A stretch of 64,000 nucleotides of DNA from NCBI GenBank assembly GCA_951406725.2, contig OX597826.1:49600001-49664000 (forward strand), read 5' to 3'. Position numbers and translations under genes: made by a program. Origin of the DNA: Octopus vulgaris (Eukaryota). The notes beneath the pieces were generated by a model. It did not search any database, had not been told where the DNA came from, and saw only the letters and a list, made by a program, of their open reading frames with translations. Below are positions 40,004 to 53,964 of this stretch, in pieces. Position 1 is the first letter of the stretch. Each line of letters opens with the position of its first letter.

Positions 40004-41210
40004 CCACTATCACCATTTTCGTTTTGTTTTGAATGTATATTATTTTTCTTTCTTTATAGCCATTTTTTCGATTCTCTATTATTTAGACGTGTTCATGTCA
40101 GCTTGTAGCAGTACCACAAGACAACATCTCTACAGGTTATTCTATTATTACAATTATTATTATTATTGTTATTATTATTATTGTTGTTGTTGTTGTTGTT
40201 GTTGTTATTGTTATTGTTGTTGTTGTTACTATTACTCTTATTATTATTGCTATTATTATGGCAGTTTGTTACTGATATTGTTTTGTTTTTTTTCATTATA
40301 GTCAATATGGTAATCATCATCATCATCTGCTACTTCCTAGTCCTCGTCGTTGTTATTATCAGCAGTATCATTACCTCCATCATCATCATCATCATCATAA
40401 CCACCACATCATCACCACTGTCATCATCATCATCATCATCATCACAACGCCTTCGTAGTCGTCGTCATCATCATCATCATCGTCATCATCATCATCATCC
40501 TCTTTTTCCTCCTCCATTCTCCTTTTCCTCTTCATCATCATCACCTTCATCATTATCATCATCGTCACCATCATCATCATCATCAGTAGCAGCAGCAGCA
40601 GCATCGTCTCCATCCTCCTCTTTCTCCTCATAGTCGCCGTCATCATCATCATCATCATCATCATTATCGTCGTCGTTGTCATCCTCTTCATCATCATTAT
40701 CATCACACCCACCATCATTTTCATCACCACTATCATCATCATCATCATCATCATCGTCGTCGTCGTTGTGATCATCATCACTATTATTATTAATGTTTGG
40801 CATTGTCCTCTGATGTTCAGTATGTTACGATCTTTTATTTTTACATTATATATATATATATATTATTATTTATTTTTTTACATTTTTTCTTTTTCTTTGC
40901 TTTGCTTTGGTCTTTGTAACATCTTGGCATGCTTTTAGTGGTAAGACGCTTAAGTTGTTTCTTTAGAATTCAAGAATTTTCCGTGATGTTCTCAGCCTTT
41001 GTTTATTGCTTCAAGGTCTGTTGAATCCCAATTAAGAACTGCACACTCGTAAAAGGTGTTAATTGCAATCATGATGTTTTGCAAGTTTTATTCCACATCT
41101 CGTCCTTCACAGAATCTCATGAATTTTACCTTTTTTTCTTTACTTTTTCTCTTTATTTTTCCATGTGTTTTTTCTATTCTTTTATGTGTCCTTGTCGTTC
41201 TTTATTTTTA

Positions 41211-41276
<66 letters not shown>

Positions 41277-41641
41277 CATTATCATCATTATCATTATTTT
41301 ACTGTGATCATTTTGCCGCAATTTTCCCCCAAACGTTTGAAAAAACAAAATCATGTTTTTGTTTGTGCTTTTTTTTGGGGGGTGGGGTTGTAGTCTTTTT
41401 TTGTTTATTTCTGTTTCAATTTTTACTTTTAGAGGAGCGATGGGTATTTCCACCACCAAGACCACCCTCCCCGATAGACTCATTTGATGTGTTAATTTGT
41501 TTTTTATTTAACTTATTTTATTCTAATTCCATTTTTAAACATAATTTTATCAATCTGTTGAAGATATTTCTGGTGTTGTTGCTATTATTGTTGTTGATGA
41601 TTATGATTTTGATGTTGATGTTATGTTGTCGTTGCTGTAGT

Positions 41642-41705
<64 letters not shown>

Positions 41706-41869
41706 CATCATCATCATTATTTTTGTTGTTGTTTTTGTGGTTGTTTTAATTTTGTAATTTGCAGTGTCATTTCTGTTGATGAATTTCCTCTGTTCGTTCT
41801 CTGAATAATAAAGACATTCATTTTGGTTACTATTGTTTTACATCTGATTCGAAGCTGGCTCATGTATGG

Positions 41870-42105
41870 ATGCATACATACATACATACATACATACATA
41901 CATACATACATACATACATACATACATACATACATACATACATACATACATGCATGCATACATACATACATATATACGTACATACGTACATGTATGTGTG
42001 TGATTGTATATGTATGTGCGTGTATCTATAATATATATATAGAGAGAGATTGATAGATAGATAGATAGATATATAGATAGATAGGTAGGCAGGTAGGTAG
42101 GTAGG

Positions 42106-42177
<72 letters not shown>

Positions 42178-42236
42178 CATATAGATGAATGAATAAATGC
42201 ATAGACAGATTGAGAGAGAGAGACAGACAGACTGAC

Positions 42237-42317
<81 letters not shown>

Positions 42318-43195
42318 TACATGATGCACACATATATGCATGCGTATATTAAAATGCACATACATGCATACATTTATGCTTGCACACATATATACCCATA
42401 CATACGTACAAAACATACACAAACACACATGCATATATATATATATATATAAACACATATATACACAAACACATACATTCACAAACACACACACACATGC
42501 ATACATATACACAAACACATATGTACATAATACATATATACGCACACATATATACATACTTACATACATTCATACATACATATATACACAAACACATACA
42601 TTCATATATAAATACATACATGCATGCATACGTGCATACATACATACATACATACACAGACACACATACATACATACATAAATACATACACAAACACACA
42701 TACATACATATATACAAGCATACATAAATACACAAACACATACATAAATACACAAGCATGCATACCTACATACATACACAGGCACACATACAGAAACACA
42801 TATATATACAAGCATACATACGTGCATACATACATACATGCATACATACATACATACATACATACATACATACATACATACATAAGACACACATACAAAC
42901 AAACATACATATATACACAAGCATACATATACAAACACATACATATATATATATATACACAAGAATACATATATACATGCACAAACACACATACATATAT
43001 ACACAAGCATACATACTTACACAAACACATACATATATACACAAGCATACATACGTGCATACATACATACATACATACACACATACATACACACATACAT
43101 ACATACGTACATACATACATAATGCATACATACATACATACATACATACATACATACATACATACATACATACATACATACATACATACATACAT
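41870..43195. repeat. Compound (CATA)n/(GATA)n/(CA,TA) low-complexity tract
   Basis: Direct reading. Confidence 0.95.
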
Positions 43196-43274
43196 AAGTC
43201 AGTTAAATCCTTACACGCTACAATCGCTTAGTAACTATTGAGTGCTTTGTTAATATGCAATATGAGATTTGTGA

Positions 43275-43560
43275 GGGCTTATGGTCTAGTGATTATTGCG
43301 ATACACTCACAATCGCGAAATCACGGTTTCGATCCTTGGATAGGGCGGTCCTTTGTATTCTTCAGTAAAACACATCATCTTACATTTACTCTGCGATCAC
43401 TTCCGCACCTGACGTGTGACACACCGTGCACCTGTTCAGGTAACGTCGATCACGTGGAGGGAATGTGCTTATGTACAGCACATAGATTTGATCACTATAA
43501 ACAAATCATCTGCGAATGTTGTTCTCCGAAAAATTGCAGAACCGTCTTTCTCGGACTCGG
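43275..43560 (+). mobile_element. Old tRNA-derived SINE (family C)
   Basis: TGGTCTAGTGATT A-box-like and GGTTTCGATCC B-box-like motifs followed by a CORE-like block. Confidence 0.5.
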
Positions 43561-43823
43561 GTGATTATCATTAATATGCGATTTAATTCCTCTCGTGGGA
43601 CCAAATCTCTAACAGACACAACCTATTATAAACCACGATTTACAGAAGCTTTAGAACTCGAGTAAAATCAAAATTTTTCACGGAATGAAAGCATTTCTTC
43701 TTCTCGTCCTTCTTCTTTTTCTTCTTTTTCTTTTTCGTCTTCTTTTATTTTCTTTTTTCTTCCCTTCTTCTTACTTTTCTTCTCTTTTCTATTCTTTTTT
43801 CCTGCCCTTTCTTCTTTCTTTCC

Positions 43824-43855
<32 letters not shown>

Positions 43856-44859
43856 CTTCTTCTTCTTCTTCTTCTTCTTCTTCTATCTTTTTTCTTCCCT
43901 TTTTCTTCTTACGCCTCTTCTTTTCCTCTTTCTATTCATTTTCTACACCCTTTTCTTCTTTCCCTCTTCTTCTTCTTCTTCGTCTTCTTCTTCTTCTTCT
44001 TCTTCTTCTTCTCCTTCTTCTTCTTCTTCTTCTTCTTCTTCTTCTTTTTCTTCTTCTTCTTCTACTACTACTACTACTACTATCTCTTTTCTTCCCTTTT
44101 TCTTCTTACTCCTCTTCTTTTCCTCTTGTTTATTCTTTTCTCCACCCTTTTCTTCTTTCCCTCTCCATCTTCTTCTTCATCATCACTTTCTTCTTTTTCT
44201 TCTACTTCTACTCCTCCTTTCTTTTCTTCATCTCCTCCTCCTCCACCTCTTATCTTCCCTTTCCTCCTTCCACTCTTTCTACTCCTACTTACTCTCCTTT
44301 TGCAGGGGACTTATCGCAGTTTCCTCACCCACACCCCCATTATCTCAAAAACACTCAACAAGTTTAACATCAAACTAAGAGCAACCTACACAATCTTTTA
44401 CACCACCGCCACCATCACCACAGCCACTATCACCACCACCACCATCACCACCGCCACCATCACCACCGCCACCAGCATCACCATCATCATTATCATCACA
44501 ACCACATCCATCATCACCACTGACATGAACAACTACCATCACTAGCACAACCAACACCACTACAACGATCAGCATCAACACCACTACTACGACGACGATC
44601 ACCACCACCACCACCACCACCACCACCATCATCATCCTTACCACTACAACTATCATCACCAACACTATCAGCACAACGACGACCACCACCATCACAGCTA
44701 CGACGGCCACGCCGTCCACCAACCAACCACTATGACTGCCACCACCGTCACTAGCTCCACGACCATCATCACCACTATGATTAAGACCAGCACCACCTAC
44801 GACGAGGACCACGCCCACCACTACGACCACCGGCCCCATCATCGCCACCTCCACCGTAC

Positions 44860-44950
<91 letters not shown>

Positions 44951-45933
44951 TTCTTCATCATCATCATCATCATCACCATCATCATCATCGTCACCATCAT
45001 AGAAGATGTTTATAGGAGGGAAGGAGCAATTATTTCGTGGAAGCCATATTTATTATATGATTGAATCCTAAAAGTGCTTTGGCGAAATCGTTACAGCGTC
45101 GGATAAAAATAACCTGCGTTCAAATCGCCCCGAAGTCGACTTTACCTTTCATCATTTCGAAGTTGATATGATAAAGTACCAGTCGTATACTAGGGTGTCA
45201 ATGGTATCGACTAACCCTCTCCCTTAAAACTGCTGGCTTTGTAAGTTAATTAAGCGGCATTATTGAGGGAGGTGGATTGACAGAATGGCTTGTGGTATTT
45301 GTTCCGGTTCTTGACATATAGAATTCAAATGCCATCTCTCCCAGGGTCGATATAATAAAGTAACAGTCAAGTACTGCGCTTCGATGTAATCGTGTAAAGA
45401 TTCCTCCAGAATTTCAGGCTTAAGACGGCGAGCTGGCAGAATAGGTAGCACGCCAGGAAAAATACTTAGCGGCATTTCGTCTGTCTCCACGTTCTGAGTT
45501 CAAATACCCATCATGACTACTCGTCCGATAAGGGTGCACCAGGCACATGCATCACAACAACATGTGTGCGACATGGTTATCTCATATCAAGATAAACAGC
45601 ACATGACCTTGCAGGTGGGGCCCAGTTAGAATTTTCTTCAAGTTGAGTAGCCCATCCCGCTCAAGATGTACCTGAATAAGGATTGTTTAAGGATGTTGAA
45701 CAAAACACCCATGCTTCCAGTGGTGAATTATTCAAACCCCAAACAATTCCTCTCAACCCATGGCTATGATGCTCCCCCACTACTTCTGCTTGTGTTCAGA
45801 GATGCACATATCGTCAACCACTAAGGGACACGCTCAACTGATTAAGGTCAAGCAACTGACAAGCAAATCTGTGGTACTGAGCAGAATATTTGCTGTAGCC
45901 CATCTTTTATACCAAGACAAAACAATGTACATG

Positions 45934-45936
<3 letters not shown>

Positions 45937-45986
<50 letters not shown>

Positions 45987-46300
45987 GAAAACTTATTTTG
46001 ATGGGTATGATGGAAAGCGTCACAGCCAGCAGGCTAAGGCGACATTTGTAGGTGTCCTACCTTCATACTTGCACCGATCTGTTTTAGCCATGCTGGTAGT
46101 TGAGTGCTGATACTTCCAAGTGCACCAATTACTATTGGTTTAACTTCTACTCTCTTCATTGACCACAACCATCGTATTTCCCACTTCAAATCGTCATAGT
46201 TGTTTATTTTTTCTTCTTCTTTGACATTGATCCTGATGTCACCGGGGCAAGCTACGTCGATTATCATACATGTTCTTTCGTTTTTATTCACCATAAAAAT
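45937..46300 (-). pseudogene. R4/Dong-type LINE 3' end: restriction-like endonuclease with (TAA)n tail
   Basis: CMIIDVACPGD...KEEEKINNYDDLKWEI..LW...VEVKPIVIGALG; short 3' UTR then TAA repeats. Confidence 0.9.
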
Positions 46301-46751
46301 GTCTTTTTATCCTTTCGGAGTCGATAAATTAAAGTACGCCGAACAGAACGCATAACGACATTTCTTCCGGCTTTATGCTCTCAGTTTAAACTCCGCAGAT
46401 GGTGATTTTGCCTTTCATCCCTTCGAAGTCGATAAAATAAGTACCAGTTGAACACTGGGGTCAATGACACCGACTGGTCTGACCCCCAAACCCCACCCCC
46501 ACCCCCAAAATCTCAAACCTTGTGCCTATGAAAGAATTATCATTGTTATTGCTATTTTGTTTGTTTACTGTTGTTGCTATTTTGTTTGTTTGTTGTTGTT
46601 GTTGTTGTTGTTACAGGTAAGGGTGAATAAGCAGAATAGTAAGAGCGTTGAACAAGACGTTTAGCAGTTTTGCTGCGGTTCTTTATGTTCTGAGTTCAAA
46701 TCCTGCCAAAATCAACTTTTTCTTTTCATATCCCTCCCAGGTTAATATAAT

Positions 46752-47356
46752 CTTTTCTACTCTAGGCACAAGGCCTGAAATTTGGTGAGTGGGGGAGGGA
46801 AGGATTAAGTCGATTACATCGACCCCAAAAGGATGAAAAGCAAAGTCGACCTCGGTGGAATTTGAACTCAGACGTAGCGACGGGCGAAATACCGCTAAGC
46901 ATTGCGTCAAGCGTGCTAACGATTCTTATTTCTTTATTACCCACAAGGGGCTAAACACAGAGAGGACAAACAAGGACAGACAAACGTATTAAGTCGATTA
47001 CATTGATCCCAGTGCGTAACTGGTACTTAATTTATCGACCCCGAAAGGACGAACGGCAAAGTCGACCTCGGCGGAATTTGAACTCAGAACGTAGCGGCAG
47101 ACGAAATACCTATTTCTATTTCTTTACTACCCACAAGGGGCTAAACACAGAGAGGACAAACAAGGACAGACAAATGGATTAAGTCGGATACATTGATCCC
47201 AATGCGTTATTGGTACTTAATTTATCGACCCCAAAAGGATGAAAAGCAAAGTCGACCTCGGCGGAATTTGAACTCAGAACGTAGCGGCAGACGAAATGGC
47301 GCTAAGCATTTCGCCCGGCGTGCTAACGTTTCTGCCAGCTCGCCGCCTTCTTCCGG
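46752..47356 (-). mobile_element. Family A SINE trimer nested in an older plus-strand SINE
   Basis: TSD GGTTAATATAAT at 46740-46751 and 47357-47368; three tandem bodies. Confidence 0.85.
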
Positions 47357-48721
47357 GGTTAATATAATACGATGCAGCAGTCAATGCCAGAGGTCAATGT
47401 TATCGCCTGACGTCATTCGTCCTTAAATTTCAAGCCTTGTACATCTGTTAGAAACCAATATAAGTTAAAATGACATCCATTTTTTGTTCGTTGGGTTTTA
47501 TTGAATGTTAATCTACTCCACCACTTCCCATCCGTTAATCTAGAAAAGATATTAGGAGGACGAATTGATAAGAATTGGTAAGAATTTGAACTGAGGAGAA
47601 TCAAGACAAAACAGCTTGCTCGTTTCAAGTTTCTCTTGTTTTACCAGCACTACCTGTTGCTATGTATGTGTGTGTGTGTGCGTGAGTGTATGTGTGAGAG
47701 AGAGAGAGAGAGAGAGAGTGTGTGTGTGTGTATGTGACACAATGTGTATGTGTTTATATATGTGTGTGAGTATATGTACGTGTGAATGTGAGAGCGTGTG
47801 TTTACGTATAAGTTTGTGTGTGAGTGTGTGTACGTGTGTGTGTTAGTGTGTGTGCATGTTACTGTGTGTGAGTGTGTGTACGTGTGTATGTGCATTTTAC
47901 TGCGTGTGAGAGATAGAATATGTTTATGTATGTGTGTGTGTGTGTGTGTGTGTATGTGATAGAGTGTTTGTGTGTGTAAGAGAGAGAGAGAGAGAGAGTG
48001 TGCGTGTGTATGTGTGAGTAGATGTATGTGTGAGTGTGAGAGAAAGAGTGTGTATGTGTGTGTGTGAGTGTGTGTGTGTGTGCGTGTGTCTTTATGCATG
48101 AGACAGCGAGTGTGTATGGATTTGTGTATCTGTTTACGTGAACATGTCTGATTCTGCATGCGTATGCATGTGTGTGTGTGTGTGTGTGTGCATGAGCAAT
48201 TGAATACCTGCACGCATGTATGAGTGTGTACTTATCTGTCTGTATATCAGTGTGCATGCACGCGTGAGGCTGTCTATATGTATACACGTGCACATATGTG
48301 CCTGCTCCTAGGTGTATGTACATGCGTATGTATGAATGTGTAAGTGTGAATATGTCGTGGGTAGATGACGGCTGATAACATATCAAAACCATTGTCTCAG
48401 AATTGGGTATGATATAGCCAACCCGATCCTGACCATCACTGACAAAACAACAAAATTGGCATATGTCAAGAAGGTTTCTTTTTTCTTTGTCTTTTCTTTT
48501 TCAAGGTTAAAGGCTGGTTCCTCCTTTCTTGTAAAAATGGAAGGGAATATCAGAATTTCTTTGCTTCTTCTACGATCGAAGAAATGCCGGAACAGTACTT
48601 CTGTTATTGACCTTTAAATAATTAATTTCCAAGAAATTTGGTAAGATTCGATGCCATTTCCGCTTTTAATCACAACCTCTTGACAGCCTCTGTACCAGGC
48701 ATAAGCAGACTTTTTCCAGAA

Positions 48722-49001
48722 GCGGGCTGGATGAGATGTGGTTCACCGTCAGACGGGCCGCATGAGATGTGAATCATCATCAGGCGGGCCGCATGAGATA
48801 CAGACCATCATCAAGCGGGCCTCATGAGATGTGGTTCCTCGTTAAGGTGGCCACATGAGATGTGGTTCATCATCAGGCGGGCCGCATGAGATACAGACCA
48901 TCATCAAGCGGGCCTCATGAGATGTGGTTCCTCGTTAAGATGGCCACATGAGATGTGAATCATCGTCAAGCGGGCCGCATGAGATATGGCTCATCGTCAG
49001 G
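48722..49001. repeat. 31-bp GC-rich minisatellite, 9 units, with 93-bp higher-order period
   Basis: Consensus GCGGGCCGCATGAGATGTGGTTCATCATCAG; variant units recur every third copy. Confidence 0.92.
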
Positions 49002-49045
49002 CAAATCGATTACATCGACTTAGTATTTGGCTGGTACTTTATTTT

Positions 49046-49277
49046 AGGCGGCGAGCTGGCAGAATCGTTAGCACGCCGGGTGAAATGCGTAGCCGTATTT
49101 CGTCTGTCGTTACGTTGTGAGTTCAAATTCCGCCGAGGTCGACTTTGCCTTTCATCCTTTCGGGGTCGATAAATTAAGTACCAGTTACGCACTGGGGTCG
49201 ATGTAATCGACTTAATACCTATGTCTGTCCTTGTTTGTCCCCTCTGTGTTTAGCCCCTTGTGGGTAATAAAGAAATA
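49046..49277 (+). mobile_element. Young full-length family A SINE with TSD, inserted in an older antisense SINE
   Basis: TSD GGTACTTTATTTT at 49033-49045 and 49278-49290; A box, B box, tail ending GAAATA. Confidence 0.92.
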
Positions 49278-50649
49278 GGTACTTTATTTTATCAACCCCG
49301 AGAGGATAAAAGGCTAAGTTGAACTCGATGGGGTTTGAACTGGGAAATACCAGCTTAATAATAGCAAAATTATTTTATCAGATGTTTCATTATTTTCAAA
49401 ATTAATTGAAACAACTGCAGTATATTTCAACAGAAATTTGGTAATAAAAGGGTTATTTGTCATACACGTCTCGCCATATTTCTCATTAGTCTAGGTTAAA
49501 GGTTTTTCCTATATCATAAGTCATTTTCACATGAAAGTCTCAGATTATTATTCTTCGGTGAAAAGAGAGAAAAAAAAAAGAAGTGTTAACTTAATTGGTT
49601 CCAACGTCAGATTTTCGAGTTACCTAAATGCGGCATTATAATCTCTTAATGGGATTACACGCAAAGTTAGGCACGTGTTTAAGAGCATTCTTTGTGGAAT
49701 AACATTTGCCATTCTCTAGATAGTATGCTAAATCTACTTTCATTTATATCGAAATCTCTAAAGTCTCCTGAGACTTCTGTTATTTAATATGAGATTTTAC
49801 AGTTAATGCTTAAACCTCACCGCTATCGTTTTCACTGCAAACAATTCAAAAAAGCCTCCAAGTAGTTTTGGTAAGAATTAACGAAGTCAAATAATAGCAG
49901 TCGTCCTTTGCAATTCTGTAGAGAATGCCACATTTCTTTTAATTGGAATGCCTAACAATAGAGAGAACTGCTAAACAAGGTCACAGTTCATGAGATATAC
50001 GTGTGTTTGTGTTAAACAATTAAAGAAATAAAAAAAAAATCTTCTGATTTTGATACTTTCGAAATCTCAAAGTAAGTAACAAATATGTTTTTCTTTGTTT
50101 CGTTTCTTGTTTGTTTGTTTGTTGGGTTTCTCTTTTTTTTTTCGTTTGTTTCTAAGAATTTGAAGTAACGAAAATAACCCCCCTCCCCTCCCCAAAAAAA
50201 AATCAAGAACAAAAGCCAAAAATATAAGACCATGTGTAGTGTATTTTTATGCTTGTCTAAATATAAATTTACTAGTGATAGGTGCCTATAGTATTTCTTA
50301 CGAGAGAGAGAGAGAGAGAGAAAAAAAAATACGGAGATTAAGTTGTCGAAATGCGACTCACAGCAAGAGTGCCAACAGACTGGCACCAGCCAGTATTTCG
50401 TTCCTGATTTTAATCTAATACTGGAATCACAGTGGAAAGGTATTCCAGTTTCAAAAGAACAACTTCCAGAGACCATAACACAGCCAGATATAAACAATTT
50501 CTCCTGGATATTTTGCAATAATACAGACACAGACAGAATTCGGAGTAGAGTTTGAAGACGTCTTTGCGAGTATATATCAGCGTCACATTGACCCAAGCAC
50601 TTTCAAATCGCCCCTTGAAAAAGTTAGGATTATTGTGATCAGTAATAAT

Positions 50650-50871
50650 AATAACCCTTTCTACTAAAGGCAGAAGACCTGAACTTATGGGGGAGGGGAC
50701 TAGTCGATTACATCGACCCCAGTGTTCACCTGGTACTTAATTTGTCGACCCCCGAAAGGATTAAAGGCAAAGTCGACCCCGGCGGAATTTGAATTTAGAA
50801 CGTAGCGGCAGACGAAATACTGCTAAGCATTTTTTCGCCCGGCGTGCTAACAGTTCTGCCAGCTCACTGCC

Positions 50872-50873
<2 letters not shown>
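50650..50873 (-). mobile_element. Family A SINE (older tail) in (AAT)n
   Basis: Full head, body and tail. Confidence 0.88.
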
Positions 50874-50908
<35 letters not shown>

Positions 50909-51007
50909 TGATGTTGATGATAGGGATGAAACAAACACAGACATAAAGTGTTGGGGTTTACATACAATGAAATGATAAAGTAAGGAAATAATAAAAGGAA
51001 AAATAAA

Positions 51008-51580
51008 ATAATCCTTTCTACTATAGGCACAAGGCATGAAATTTGGAGAGAGGATCCGAGTCGCTTACACCGACCCCAGTGTTACAACCGGTACTTATTT
51101 CATGGAACCCGAAAGGATGAAAGACAAAGTCGACCTCGGTAGAATTTGAACTCAATACGTAAAGACGGGTGAAATACCCATTTCTTCACTACCCACAAGG
51201 GGCTAAACACAGAGGGGACAAACAAGGACAGACAAACGGATTAAGTCGATTATATCGACCCCAGTGCGTAACTGGTACTTAATTTATCGACCCCGAAAGG
51301 ATGAAAGGCAAAGTCGACCTCGGCGGAATTTGAACTCACAACGTAACGGCAGGCGAAATACCTATTTCGTATTTCTTTACTACCCACAAGGGGATAAACA
51401 CAAACAAACGGATTAAGTCGATTATATCGACCCCCAGTGCGTAACTGGTACTTATTTCATCAAACCCGAAAGGATGAAAGGCAAACTCGACTTTGGTGGA
51501 ATTTGAACTCAGGACGTAAAGACGGGTGAAATACCGCAAAGCATTTTGCCGACGTGCCGACGAGTCTGCCAGCCCGCCAA
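51008..51580 (-). mobile_element. Family A SINE trimer
   Basis: One head, three bodies; junctions at 51178/9 and 51362/3. Confidence 0.88.
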
Positions 51581-52236
51581 TGATATAATGAAAACAATGA
51601 TAATAAAAGAATTAGGTTCTATAACCTTCAAATAAATAAACAGGCATACATTTCACGAGCATGCTAACAAGTCGAAAAAGTGGGGAGATATCCATGTAGA
51701 TTTTATCAGCGAAACAGATATGAAAGTTTAAGCTAAACCAATGGAAAGACACTGTGACATATTGTGACATTATGGTATTTAAAGAGCACGGAACACTATA
51801 ATCTGCTATTGCCGTTGACTCAGAGGCCAAAACAAAAACAATAAATATATAAAAAGTGAAAGAAAGAAAATGAAGGTTTTCTGAGATTGACTGTAATCGT
51901 AGAATTTCTCTTGGTGGAAAAAGAGAAACTTGGAAAACAACGATGCATATTTATGGTTTATTTGCAATATTGTTCCGGAGATGTACTTGCATAGCAAGTG
52001 ATTTGATCTGAGATCGTGTGCTGGAACGAAAACAATTGCAGCGTGGAAGGTGTTTGTAAGTCATTTAAGAAACACACAAAAGCCGTTCGATTCACTTCAA
52101 CATTTAAGTTTAATTTGTCAAAATATTTTCGTCGCTATAGGACCGCGACTTGTACACTGACAAAATCCGTGCTGCATCTCTTGGTTTGCAATATTGTTTA
52201 ATCCATCTAATGTCGACATGTCTTAATTTCAGAATA

Positions 52237-52465
52237 AAATAGCAATTATTGATCCATTTATCTTATGGTTGAGGGTTGTTATACCAGGGATTAATATTGC
52301 GTCTTTATCTCACCATAAAATAGCAGCTATTTATCTATTTATTTTGTGAGTTAAGGTGTTTAATCACGGATTAATATTGTGTCTTTATCCGTAGTAAAGT
52401 AGCAACTATTGATCCCTATATCGCGCGGTTGACGGTCTTTTACCACACATTAATATCGCGGTAAA
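52237..52465. repeat. Diverged tandem repeat, about 79 bp x3
   Basis: AAA.TAGCA..TATT.ATC...ATTAATAT.G recurs three times. Confidence 0.7.
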
Positions 52466-52524
52466 ATATCCTTCATAACTCTGTCGCTCGTCAAGAGCCG
52501 TTATATTACGAAGACTGATATTTC

Positions 52525-52900
52525 TTTTCATGAAGCGGCCGCAACCGAGATGTGTTTCACCACACTGTACCACGAATCTAATATCTGTGTTCCCAATTAG
52601 TACGCCCTCAATTCCATGTTTCGTGCCTCAGACAATTACATTAATATCGTTGATGAGTTTTCGTCTTCTATTCGGGTGCGGAACCCTCCAAATAAAGCAT
52701 ACTATATAGCTTAGTGTTCGGTACCATAGTAGCAGCCAGCAAACCAGCAATAGTAGATATGGGTGGAATGTGTCCATAAATCTCCTCTCTAGTCTTGGGC
52801 TCATAAAATGAGATGTTTTAAGTCATCATGAGAAGCCTAGCGTATGTACTGTCAAGTCGATCTTAAAACTTCCGCTACGTTATCATTGCTAATGAGGGAT
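52525..52900 (-). pseudogene. RTE-group LINE 3' fragment
   Basis: Minus strand DRLDSTYARLLM..NI...TREEIYGHIPPIST...IWRVPHPNRRRK...WYSVVKHISVAAA*. Confidence 0.75.
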
Positions 52901-53964
52901 CCTTCAATATACAGTCGTTCTAATCACTAAAAACAACAGCCAAACATCACTCAAATCAAATCCTGATAAAAAAAACAAAAGGTCACAGCTGGGACGCTTT
53001 TGGTCATAGGTTTACTGGTTTGGGTTTGACTACCAGCTAAACAATTACAAGAACCGGGTTACACTCAAAAGTTTCATTTTTTATAATTTAGATGCAAAGA
53101 GCAGCAGTTTTGAGGGGAGGGTTTTGGTTGATAGCACCTGGATCAGTAAGTTACTGGTACTATATTTTATCGACCCCTGACGGACGAAAGGCAAAGTTGA
53201 CCTTGGTGGTATTTGATCACAGAATGCAAAGAATCAAAATGAATACGGTAAAGCATTTTCCGATGTTCTAACGATTCTGCCAGTTCGCCGTTCTTCCTCA
53301 TGTCTACGATATCTAATTTAGGAACAGATCCAGCAGTTTTGAGGAGATGGGTTTTAGCTGATACTACCGACCCCACTAATTGACTAGTACTTATTTTATC
53401 AATACTGAAAAGATTAAAGCAAAAATAGCACTAGCTGGGATTGAACTCAGAAGGTAAAGAGTTACCGGGTCAAATTCCACAATGGATTTTTTTTTCCACC
53501 GGCAAGCTAACGATTCTACCAGCTGCTCGACTTTCCCCTCGTCTATAATTAAATATCTAAAGACAGGATTATCTCGTAGTGACACACTCACAGCGACCGA
53601 TATAGAAAAGTATCTACGACGAAGCCTGCCAAGTATGAGATACAGGTTCGTTTCCCGAGCGAACCATTATTATTATTTTTTTTTTGGCTACATCTCCTCA
53701 TTACTGATATTATTCAACCGTAGTTAATAAGTTAGATAAGTATGGACCCCAGTAGGCTAACGTGCTCACGACAGCCTTCAATATAAAGGCGAAACCTTTT
53801 GGTAGTGTTTCACCGCCGTGTCAATAAGAAAGGTTGGGCGACATATTCACATCTGATTATCAGTTACAGCTCCAGTTACACCCCAAGTTATGTAAATATA
53901 ACTTTATACTCTAATATCTTAAACAGGCAAACTCTACACAGATATTTAAACCTTCAATCTATCT

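Noticed and set aside
49046-49135. tRNA gene
   Set aside because: A/B boxes belong to a SINE head with body, tail and TSD; no full cloverleaf.
52530-52565. Similarity to the 31-bp minisatellite unit
   Set aside because: Explained as the end of the RTE ORF on the minus strand.
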